Origin: a virus
IMG/VR virus record: IMGVR_UViG_3300001202_000008
Location: 1 to 40,903 of that record
Length of the DNA: 40,903 nucleotides
Strand: one strand, 5' to 3'
The notes beneath the pieces were generated by a model. That model had not been told where the DNA came from, did no database searches, and saw only the letters and a program-made list of their open reading frames with translations. The position numbers and the translations under genes are program-made. The stretch's first letter is position 1. Each line of letters begins with the position of its first letter. Positions 1 through 6,900 of the stretch are shown piece by piece.

Positions 1-49
1 AAAAAACTTAGTGCCGCCGTCGCCCTCACGAGCGATCTCACAACCCTCT
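1..49. repeat. Terminal direct repeat, copy 1 (identical to 40855-40903)
   Basis: aaaaaacttagtgccgccgtcgccctcacgagcgatctcacaaccctct occurs at both window ends; read directly. Confidence 0.95.
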
Positions 50-348
50 TTTATGGTCATGCCGATCACCTGTTTCATGTACTCTCTCTCGAGCGCCTCA
101 TCGGGTCGGCTGTAATCCGTAAGCTCAAGGCGTCTTGCCGCATGCCTTAGCGCAACCGTGGCAACACTCTCGACAACATCTCTTGTGATAAAGACCTCGG
201 GCGGCAAAATATCATAAGCGTACCTGACCTCAAATGATCTCTCGCGGTGATTGATGCGCACCACATCAGCATCATTATAGGCGGTTGCAACATGAATGGT
301 CGTGCACCCCGATAGAGAGACAGCCGCCAATAAGAGCCTCTTAATCAT
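1..348 (-). CDS. Lipoprotein, N-terminal 116 codons; the ORF wraps the junction and ends at 40795 (135 aa in total)
   Basis: ATG at 348 gives MIKRLLLAAVSLSGCTTIH, with a basic n-region, a hydrophobic core and the lipobox LSGC. The start overlaps the upstream stop by 8 nt. The frame stays open to base 1 and continues in frame from 40854 to the TAG at 40795-40797. It is absent from the ORF track because it is cut by the window edge. Confidence 0.6.
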   Translation of the reverse strand, partial: MIKRLLLAAVSLSGCTTIHVATAYNDADVVRINHRERSFEVRYAYDILPPEVFITRDVVESVATVALRHAARRLELTDYSRPDEALEREYMKQVIGMTIKEGCEIAREGDGGTKFF

Positions 349-748
349 TGCCGCCCCGGTGGTGTGAATTGGGTGGCGTGTTCATGTGATCTCTAAACGC
401 GGTAAAATCGCCTTGAATGCGATCAAGCTCTCTATAAATGGGGTCTTTGACCTCTAATTGAAAACGTCGCCCGATTTGACCATCTAGGGCAGTAATGCGA
501 GCATTGATAGCCTCGAGAGATGCGTTGAGTGTCTCGGCGTTGAGAGTGCCCTTTATAGCAGCTTGATTGGTCTTTGTTATAGCCTCAACCGCTTGCAATC
601 GTGCCTCGATGGCTGGAAGGTCATCAATATTGTTTTGCTCGTTCTTTTGAGCTTGCTGAGAGCCAACGAACGCTAAACCAACAACGCCCGCCAAAATAGC
701 ACCTATTATCGCCTTGCTGTAATCTTGCTGTTGTGGTTGTGCCGCCAT
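341..748 (-). CDS. Membrane-anchored coiled-coil protein (i-spanin-like architecture)
   Basis: N-terminal TM segment AIIGAILAGVVGLAFVG followed by heptad-like, Ala/Leu/Gln-rich sequence. GGGAGAG Shine-Dalgarno (SD) 6-7 nt upstream of the ATG. Confidence 0.6.
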   Translation of the reverse strand: MAAQPQQQDYSKAIIGAILAGVVGLAFVGSQQAQKNEQNNIDDLPAIEARLQAVEAITKTNQAAIKGTLNAETLNASLEAINARITALDGQIGRRFQLEVKDPIYRELDRIQGDFTAFRDHMNTPPNSHHRGGND

Positions 749-766
749 TAAATCTCTCCCTTGAGG

Positions 767-1123
767 TTATTTTCTCGCCTTAAGCCTATTTGACCGCCGT
801 GGCAACACCGGGCCCACGGGCCACCCATCATCACCCACTCTCACAACGGGGTTGTTACCATTCTCGATGACTTGCTTATCGCTGTTGTGATGGTGCTCGC
901 ATAGCGTTTGCAGATTGGCCCGATCGGCAAAGAGAGCCCAATCGCCCTTATGAGGCTTGATGTGATCGACCACATTGCCCGCTTTGGTCACGCCCTCATC
1001 ATCGCACATCGTGCATAAAGGGTTATCGTGTAGATGAGAGGCTCTTAGGGCTTTCCATGTCTTTTGGCCGTACCATAAGCGCCACTCATCTCTCGTTGGC
1101 CGAGTTATAGAATTAGCTCTGAT
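767..1123 (-). CDS. HNH endonuclease (HK97 gp74-like, associated with cos packaging); 5' boundary unresolved
   Basis: Motifs VDHIKPH...NLQTLCEHHHNSDK. The only ATG (1009) lies inside the CxxC knuckle (PLCTMC). Conserved sequence RDEWRLWYGQKTWKALRASHLHDNPLC continues in frame up to a TAA at 1124-1126, with no ATG, GTG or TTG. Confidence 0.7.
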   Translation of the reverse strand: MRANSITRPTRDEWRLWYGQKTWKALRASHLHDNPLCTMCDDEGVTKAGNVVDHIKPHKGDWALFADRANLQTLCEHHHNSDKQVIENGNNPVVRVGDDGWPVGPVLPRRSNRLKARK

Positions 1124-1479
1124 TTAACATATTCAAACACCCGACCGTGAGCACTGAGGCGAATTGCGCCCGTTGCCAAATCATCGAGATATATTCGGAT
1201 GTGATCGTTGTCGAATATCCCTAGATACTGAAAAGCCGCCGTGTTGGCCTTGTAAACATCAAGATCGATCTCAAGGTCGGGCCAAGGTCTTTTAGGGTTT
1301 GCTCCGTCTCTAAACGTAAACCTAAGCTTTGCCCCGCTTGCAGTTAAGTCATGACCCGTCACGATCGCTTTCGCCGCCGTGGCGAGAACAAGAGGCACAT
1401 TGTGAACGCTAGCGGGTGCCGCGCCTCCCGTGTTGCCTGCATGCTCCATTGAATTTGTTTGTGGGTTGTAGCGTAACAT
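1105..1479 (-). CDS. Hypothetical protein
   Basis: ORF-track frame. ATG at 1479 (MLRYNPQ...) is preferred over the GTG at 1539 because 1480-1550 carries a terminator-like hairpin. GGGGA lies 9 nt upstream. Confidence 0.5.
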   Translation of the reverse strand: MLRYNPQTNSMEHAGNTGGAAPASVHNVPLVLATAAKAIVTGHDLTASGAKLRFTFRDGANPKRPWPDLEIDLDVYKANTAAFQYLGIFDNDHIRIYLDDLATGAIRLSAHGRVFEYVKSELIL

Positions 1480-1507
1480 TTTATTTTTCCCCGATTTGTT
1501 TTTTTGC

Positions 1508-1550
1508 AAAAAGAAACCCGCTCGTGACGTACTCAACACACGGCGGGGTT
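1508..1550 (-). terminator. Possible intrinsic terminator (interrupted stem plus U-tract)
   Basis: Minus strand AACCCCGC-CGTG-(12 nt)-CACG-A-GCGGGTT, then TCTTTTT. It lies downstream of the 1609-1989 gene. The stem has a bulge and a large loop. Confidence 0.35.
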
Positions 1551-1608
1551 CTCATGACACATTTGACACCAATCAACTGCATGGCCTTATTACGGTCGAT
1601 TTGTGTTT

Positions 1609-1989
1609 TTACGCAAGCATTTTATTTGCCACAATATCACCCAACAAGTCCAATGGCTCAATGACGCTCTCACCCAACACACTAACCGTCACAACGATCA
1701 CCTCGATATTTTTAAGCTTTGATTTGTCAAAATCCTTCCACCCCCGATCTCTATAGGTGTGCAAAAACTCCTCGTTTAAATAATCATTGAGCTCTTTTAG
1801 GGTCATCACCCGTCTTGGCAGACCCTTAAAGGGGAAATACATTTTGCATGATAGCTTTATAAGGTTCTGATTGACGCCGTCTATTGTTGTCCAATACCTC
1901 GGCGTTTTGCCCCATTGAAAGTCGCCATTGTAATGCGCATTAATAAAAAACTTGCCAGTGATTTTATGCCTTATCGAATAAAGTTTCAC
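1609..1989 (-). CDS. Hypothetical protein (AT-rich gene)
   Basis: 126-aa ORF whose start overlaps the stop of the upstream gene by 4 nt. No recognisable motif. Confidence 0.55.
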   Translation of the reverse strand: MKLYSIRHKITGKFFINAHYNGDFQWGKTPRYWTTIDGVNQNLIKLSCKMYFPFKGLPRRVMTLKELNDYLNEEFLHTYRDRGWKDFDKSKLKNIEVIVVTVSVLGESVIEPLDLLGDIVANKMLA

Positions 1990-2318
1990 TTTTTCCTCAC
2001 AATCTCGATCTCTCGAGGCTCTCTCGCCTCTCTCCTCAATCTGGCCTTTTCTTGGTTGTGCGCGATCGCGGCCTCGAGATCGGGCTCGGGTGCATCATCG
2101 GGCAAGCCGTTCTTAATCATGTCATGCAATATCCGTTTTGCATTATCAGACATAGGTAACTTTGCGGCCTCGATGTAACGTATCTTTCGCCCGGCGTTGG
2201 TCCCTGTATAGCCGAGCATACGAGCAAAGGTGCCCGCGCTATAGCCTAGCTTATATCGATGATCTCTTATGGCGTTGCCGAGGTCTTTGAGCTCGGGGCG
2301 GTAAAATGCTCGGGTCAT
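1986..2318 (-). CDS. Helix-turn-helix DNA-binding protein
   Basis: HTH-like stretch LGYSAGTFARMLGYTGTNAGRKIRYIE. 4-nt overlaps at both ends. Confidence 0.55.
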   Translation of the reverse strand: MTRAFYRPELKDLGNAIRDHRYKLGYSAGTFARMLGYTGTNAGRKIRYIEAAKLPMSDNAKRILHDMIKNGLPDDAPEPDLEAAIAHNQEKARLRREAREPREIEIVRKK

Positions 2319-3001
2319 ATAAAACTATCTTGTTTTGGTTTTAGTGGATTTTCAGGCGATGAAACAAATAGGTCGGATTGTTTATATGCGTCGTGTATTC
2401 TTTGGCACGCTATTTCGAAATAATCAGGGTCTAGCTCTATGCCTGTGAATTTGCGCCCTAGTTTTGCGCAAGCAACGCCAGTTGTCCCACTTCCCATAAA
2501 TGGGTCTAAGATGTTTTGGGATTTGGATAAAAAACCTAGACACCACTCCATTAAAGCTACTGGCTTTTGCGTTGGGTGCAAATTTCCGTCTCTGCGAGGG
2601 AATGTCTTTTGCCTTACTGCTATATCCAAACTAGTCCAAGCAAGCTCACAGTCAGCTAGGCTAAATCCCGTCTCTGCCTCTGGTTTTCGCCAAGATAACC
2701 ACCCTTTGCTTCTTGGAAACAAATCCGCAAAATAATTTCCTCCCCAAACTATCCTCGGAAAAGGAATGGCGGCGATTAATTTTAGAGCTTGTTCTGGCCT
2801 ATCGTTGTCCCATGATTTGTTGGCCCATTTGGGGTTATCTCTGATTGATGATTGTGCATTTTTCTTGTCGGCACCAATGCCGTATGGTGGGTCGGTCAGA
2901 ATCGCATCAAAAGCAAGCAAAGGCATTATCTCAAGGCAGTCGCCAAGATACAAGGTGCAATCTCCTATTTGTTCACATCTAAAATCAGGTAGTTTTTTCA
3001 T
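2315..3001 (-). CDS. DNA N6-adenine (or N4-cytosine) methyltransferase, beta class (N6_N4_Mtase family)
   Basis: Motif IV ILTDPPYGIG is N-terminal; HPTQKPVALMEWCL and motif I ILDPFMGSGTTGVA are C-terminal, giving beta-class order. Confidence 0.9.
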   Translation of the reverse strand: MKKLPDFRCEQIGDCTLYLGDCLEIMPLLAFDAILTDPPYGIGADKKNAQSSIRDNPKWANKSWDNDRPEQALKLIAAIPFPRIVWGGNYFADLFPRSKGWLSWRKPEAETGFSLADCELAWTSLDIAVRQKTFPRRDGNLHPTQKPVALMEWCLGFLSKSQNILDPFMGSGTTGVACAKLGRKFTGIELDPDYFEIACQRIHDAYKQSDLFVSSPENPLKPKQDSFI

Positions 3002-3135
3002 AATTTTCTCACATAGTCGGGCAACGGGTGAGGCTCTAAGAGCCTCTTAACGAATTTATAGTTTGATCGGCTCAAGATCACTGGGCGAGGTTGCGCCTCG
3101 AGGGTCTTGAGGAGATTGGCTTGAGCGGGTTTCAT
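2998..3135 (-). CDS. Small hypothetical protein (45 aa), below the ORF-track cutoff
   Basis: MKPAQANLLKTLEAQPRPVILSRSNYKFVKRLLEPHPLPDYVRKL. ATGA start/stop overlaps with both neighbours (3132-3135 and 2998-3001) fill an otherwise 130-bp gap. Confidence 0.45.
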   Translation of the reverse strand: MKPAQANLLKTLEAQPRPVILSRSNYKFVKRLLEPHPLPDYVRKL

Positions 3136-3728
3136 ATCCACCCCTTTTCTCTCAAAGCATCATATCTCTTTATAAGCCACTTGATGCCACTGTCGCTCAC
3201 GTAAAATGTTGCAAAGCGATTATCCTCATCTTTGAGACGCCAATGAGGGCTTGCTTTTTTGTCTTGATAGTAACGCATATCGACATTTTCGATGTGAGAG
3301 TTTCGACCATACGTGAGCCGCTCAAGTGTCGATTTGCTAGGCCTACCGAGGGCGATAAACATTTGGTTTATCTCGCTCCTCATCGTCTCATAAGGCTGTT
3401 TTTTTGAGGCGGTCTTTCGTTTCTTTGCCTTTTTCATGATCGCCTCTTTTGCCGGTGCGATATATGGCTCGGCTCTCGATGGCTTGCCGTGCATATGCAC
3501 AAGGGCGGTGCCTGAGACCGATATTGGCGGGTGCGTTGGCCCTTGCACCCAAAACCACACCACACCCGTTTCGTTGACGCGCTTGAGCTCCTCATCAGTG
3601 AGACGCCAACACGAGGTCACGCCGCGATCATCCCGATATGCTTCGAGATCACGGCACTCATTATCTCCGGGCGGTGCCTTTAAGATTAAATTTGCGCCCT
3701 CGAATCCTACCGGGTTAGCCATTCTCAA
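3132..3728 (-). CDS. Hypothetical protein, two domains joined by a Lys-rich linker
   Basis: 198-aa ORF. The start is either 3728 or the ATG at 3722 (MANPVGF). No catalytic motif recognised. Confidence 0.6.
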   Translation of the reverse strand: MRMANPVGFEGANLILKAPPGDNECRDLEAYRDDRGVTSCWRLTDEELKRVNETGVVWFWVQGPTHPPISVSGTALVHMHGKPSRAEPYIAPAKEAIMKKAKKRKTASKKQPYETMRSEINQMFIALGRPSKSTLERLTYGRNSHIENVDMRYYQDKKASPHWRLKDEDNRFATFYVSDSGIKWLIKRYDALREKGWI

Positions 3729-3882
3729 TCTCCTCTAATTTGCGACGGGCGTTGGCGAGGGATGCTTTGACATTATCCTCGTGAAACCCGCTCTTGATGT
3801 TGCTCTTGTCGGCGAGCGTGGCCTCATGCAACGCTATATCTCGCCTAAGCTCCTCGGCTCGTGTTAGCTGTTTATGAGCCAT
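3715..3882 (-). CDS. Small coiled-coil protein (55 aa), below the ORF-track cutoff
   Basis: MAHKQLTRAEELRRDIALHEATLADKSNIKSGFHEDNVKASLANARRKLEEIENG. It fills the 3729-3871 gap and overlaps both neighbours by 8-14 nt. Confidence 0.45.
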   Translation of the reverse strand: MAHKQLTRAEELRRDIALHEATLADKSNIKSGFHEDNVKASLANARRKLEEIENG

Positions 3883-4264
3883 CTATGACCGCCCTCTCGT
3901 GCCAGTTCATTAACGCGGCGCATGTTGTGATGATGTGGTGCTTTCGCTTTTCACCATCAGCGGTCGCCGCTTTTTGGGCCAAATACCCGACAAGCCAAAA
4001 CCAATCCCAATCGGTCTTTTGCTCATCATGGTCTTTTGGCCACCTTAAACGCTGATGCTCTCGCTCTCTCACGATGGCCGTGACAAAATCGTCATTCTCT
4101 GGCGTGTTGACGATTTCCTCGAGCTCATTGATGCGCCTCATGGCGCTCTCGATGATCTCGACCGGGTGAACCTTGCGACCCTTGACCGTCAAAACACTTT
4201 GCTCGGCAACGGCAACCGCCCTTAAGCATTCAAGCCCCTCTCTGAGCTCGAGGCTATCCATCAT
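3872..4264 (-). CDS. Hypothetical protein
   Basis: 130-aa ORF. The Trp-rich segment TDWDWFWLVGYLAQKA recalls phage NTP-pyrophosphohydrolase-like families, but I cannot support that assignment. Confidence 0.6.
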   Translation of the reverse strand: MMDSLELREGLECLRAVAVAEQSVLTVKGRKVHPVEIIESAMRRINELEEIVNTPENDDFVTAIVREREHQRLRWPKDHDEQKTDWDWFWLVGYLAQKAATADGEKRKHHIITTCAALMNWHERAVIDGS

Positions 4265-4718
4265 CGCTCACTTTCTTGCCATCAACCACATCGATGCGAG
4301 CACCATCGAGCAACGGGTGTTTTACGACATCGATGCTCACAACCTCAAGATCGCGATAGGTGCGATTTGTGCCATTGTCGCCGATGCTCACATCAAAACC
4401 GCCCTCTATAGTCCGAAAGCCGAGAGATAAGCCACTAAGCTCGCCATTGCGTATCTTGTCGGCGAGATCGCGGGTGTCATCAGTGATGACCATAGTGCCC
4501 TCGACCCTCAGGCCCTTTTTGTCCGATACAAGCTTGTGCCATTTGCCGATCGCGCCGCCCTCAGGCATCGCAAGCATCGGCACGGGCTTTCTCTCTTTGA
4601 TGGTGCGATCAAAGCACCCGGGCGACATGACATCATCAACATCATCAGCCTCGTTGTATAAGCTGGCATAGCCCTCGAGCTTTAGCTCCTCGGCTTTTTT
4701 CTTGGCGTCATCGGTCAT
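4254..4718 (-). CDS. HK97-type prohead protease paralogue (Peptidase S78/U35 fold), probably catalytically inactive
   Basis: Aligns by eye with the bona fide protease at 34020-34796: EGYAS..D..GD...PG.F....K..PML....IG.....GL.V.G......G.LSGLSLGFR....R...L.VVSIDVV..P. The His of MLWQHD is replaced (MLAMPE); the Ser is kept (GLSLGF). Confidence 0.7.
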   Translation of the reverse strand: MTDDAKKKAEELKLEGYASLYNEADDVDDVMSPGCFDRTIKERKPVPMLAMPEGGAIGKWHKLVSDKKGLRVEGTMVITDDTRDLADKIRNGELSGLSLGFRTIEGGFDVSIGDNGTNRTYRDLEVVSIDVVKHPLLDGARIDVVDGKKVSDDG

Positions 4719-5523
4719 CGGTTTTCTCCTCTAAGATTGATCGATCATATTGCTCGGGGTTTTTGGCCCTGTGCTCTTTTAAGAATTGCGCGGCCCGGCG
4801 TGCTTGCTCGGCTCGGCGCTCCTCACGTCTCTCATCGATGTCGGCTTTGGCCGCATCGGCGTCGGGTTGGCCACGGTGCATCGCGATCTCTTTGATCGTT
4901 TCTCGTGTTGGCACGTCGCCCTTGTCTTTGGCTTTGATTGACTTGGTGATCGCCTCACGCAACCGCCGCGACATCTCACGGGTCTTTGCAGTCTCAACAA
5001 ATGGCCGCTCATCAGGATTGGCACGCAACCACTCGACCGCAATGCGAGCCCGGGTGTAAATCGACCATCGCTCTTTGTAGGTTTTCTCAATGCACCGCTT
5101 GAGATCGCTTGGGGCTGGCATGTGACCCTTGCCGTTGGCAATCCATTCACGGGTGGCAAGCCATAGCAAATCGGTTGGCCAGTGAGAGACCGCTTTCGTG
5201 TAGGCATCGAGAAATAGGTCATATTGCTCGGCATCACGCTCTCGCTCAAAATACATCTGCGTGAGCGTCTCAACAACCGTATTGATCTCGGCCACCGATG
5301 TCGGTGCCATAGCCTCAACGATCAACGGCCAAGCTTTCTCGAGCCCGTCACGGTGCCTCAACACGAGTTGGCGTGCCGCCTCACCACCCGACCACTTGAT
5401 TTGAGTGATCTTAGGCGTTTCTTTCAGCATTGCGACGCATGGCATCGCGGCGACGATCTGAGTTCTCGGCGAGAGCTCCTCGTGGCTTTGATGACCCGGT
5501 ACGGCTGGCAAATGTTTTTGCAC
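4708..5523 (-). CDS. Hypothetical protein, possibly replication-associated; start uncertain
   Basis: The GTG at 5523 has a GGGAGG SD 6 nt upstream but overlaps the initiator gene by 113 nt. Alternative ATGs lie at 5445 and 5430. The C-terminus is a charged Arg/Glu-rich helix. Confidence 0.55.
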   Translation of the reverse strand: MQKHLPAVPGHQSHEELSPRTQIVAAMPCVAMLKETPKITQIKWSGGEAARQLVLRHRDGLEKAWPLIVEAMAPTSVAEINTVVETLTQMYFERERDAEQYDLFLDAYTKAVSHWPTDLLWLATREWIANGKGHMPAPSDLKRCIEKTYKERWSIYTRARIAVEWLRANPDERPFVETAKTREMSRRLREAITKSIKAKDKGDVPTRETIKEIAMHRGQPDADAAKADIDERREERRAEQARRAAQFLKEHRAKNPEQYDRSILEEKTDDR

Positions 5524-6271
5524 TTAAACCTCCCTCATTCATAACGGTTTTAATATCGGCCCCAATATAACCCAAAAACTTCTCGCCTGTAAGGCACCTG
5601 TAAATACCAGACGCAAAAGCATAATTGTCTTTTGTGATATTGGGGTCGGCGTAATAGCAGTAAATTGCGTTTGACAAATCATTCAGGCCAACGCTTTTCG
5701 ATAATGCTGTAAATTTCTTTAGAGCTTTGGCTTTATCCGCTCGCCGAGACCTCATGAGTTTGGGGTTTATCTGCCCCCATAGCATCTCAAAACAAGCATT
5801 TATATTTGATGGTTCTAATAATGGTTCTTGTTGAGGGTTATTGTCTTGCAAAATTAGCGTGTGGTTTTGACCAATTTTGCATGTGGTTTTGCCTGATTTA
5901 GCATCTGGACTATCACCTGCTAAATTAGCATCTGGCGTTTTTTTAAAAGACTTCCCTCTCGGCTTTGATTTAACTATCGCCAGCTCATCAGGAATACAGA
6001 TTATTTCATCAACGCTTAGAGTGTATCTATATGACCCAAGATTGCCATCTTGATACCTTTGCCGCTCTCTCGTGAAATAACCCGCGACCTCGAGAGCCTT
6101 TAAATGGGTGCCGATAGTTTTTTCTTTTATGCCTGTTTTTTTAGACAAAGTGCTCACATATGGATAGCAAGAATGCTTCTCATCGGCATAATCTGCCAGC
6201 GCCACCAAGACAAATTTAGGCCCTGATTTTATTTGACACTCAAACGCCCACGTCAAGGCTTTGTTGCTCAT
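5411..6271 (-). CDS. Replication initiator-like winged-HTH protein
   Basis: N-terminus ALTWAFECQIKSGPKFVLVALADYADEKHSCYPYVSTLSKKTGIKEKTIGTHLKALEVAGY matches the typical phage/plasmid replication wHTH pattern. The iteron array lies inside the linker-coding part. Confidence 0.7.
   Translation of the reverse strand: MSNKALTWAFECQIKSGPKFVLVALADYADEKHSCYPYVSTLSKKTGIKEKTIGTHLKALEVAGYFTRERQRYQDGNLGSYRYTLSVDEIICIPDELAIVKSKPRGKSFKKTPDANLAGDSPDAKSGKTTCKIGQNHTLILQDNNPQQEPLLEPSNINACFEMLWGQINPKLMRSRRADKAKALKKFTALSKSVGLNDLSNAIYCYYADPNITKDNYAFASGIYRCLTGEKFLGYIGADIKTVMNEGGLSAKTFASRTGSSKPRGALAENSDRRRDAMRRNAERNA
5851..5950. repeat. Candidate origin: four about 14-bp iterons followed by an AT-rich tract
   Basis: AAATTAGCGTGTGG (5851), AATTTTGCATGTGG (5873), GATTTAGCATCTGG (5895) and AAATTAGCATCTGG (5922), spaced 22/22/27 bp, then GCGTTTTTTTAAAAG. 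Confidence 0.5.
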
Positions 6272-6723
6272 GTTGTAGCCTTTTGGTTTTTTATATATTG
6301 CTTGATTCCAGCGTTTATAATTTGCGCCGCGTCGTTTCCTATTAGATGTGCGTTTTTACAAACCTCACCCGTTTTTGATATTTCATGATATATCTCGATG
6401 TACTTGCAATCTATATCTTGAAAGTAATCCTTAAAAGATAATGGGCTCAATCCATCCTCGTTATGATTAATCCAATAATCAACCGCCCTCACAAATTCGG
6501 CGTGATCTATACCATCAAACCACTCACCATGAGTCCTCTTACTCTGGTAAAGGTGATGCAAAGAAAACTCGGCGGCATATGCGTCGTGCATTATCTTTTG
6601 ATAAACTATTTCAATTTTGTGCGGGCATCCAGTTTGCAGTGTTCTGGCACGCTTCTCAGGGTTGATTGAAACGCCTATTTTGTAAAACTGGCCCGCCTTG
6701 AATAAATAAATTCTGTTAGTCAT
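6268..6723 (-). CDS. T5orf172 (GIY-YIG-related) domain protein
   Basis: YKIGVSINPEKRARTLQTGCPHKIEIV...AEFSLHHLYQSKRTHGEWF. AT-rich gene; 4-nt overlap with the initiator gene. Confidence 0.7.
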   Translation of the reverse strand: MTNRIYLFKAGQFYKIGVSINPEKRARTLQTGCPHKIEIVYQKIMHDAYAAEFSLHHLYQSKRTHGEWFDGIDHAEFVRAVDYWINHNEDGLSPLSFKDYFQDIDCKYIEIYHEISKTGEVCKNAHLIGNDAAQIINAGIKQYIKNQKATT

Positions 6724-6726
6724 AAA

Positions 6727-6900
6727 TTACCTCTTATGCTTTGAGCAAAAATCTTTTGATGAGACTGAGGAGAATACAGTCTCGGCGGTGTTGTCGGTGT
6801 GGATGACTAGCTTGGGTGGATGAAAACGGTAAACGCCCTTGCCAAACTTGCCCTTGAAATAACGGCACGTTGAGCAATTGACTTTCGGCCCTTTTTTCAA
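6727..6900 (-). CDS. Small Cys-containing protein (57 aa, TTG start), below the ORF-track cutoff
   Basis: (M)KKGPKVNCSTCRYFKGKFGKGVYRFHPPKLVIHTDNTAETVFSSVSSKDFCSKHKR. TTGA start/stop overlap with the upstream gene; the ORF ends 3 nt before the next ATG. Confidence 0.4.
   Translation of the reverse strand: MKKGPKVNCSTCRYFKGKFGKGVYRFHPPKLVIHTDNTAETVFSSVSSKDFCSKHKR

Noticed and set aside
1105-1130. A -1 frameshift from the upstream ORF into the HNH frame
   Set aside because: The frame relationship fits, but there is no X XXY YYZ slippery heptamer in the only permissive window (aaa tca gag cta att cta taa). It is kept only as one possibility in the finding.
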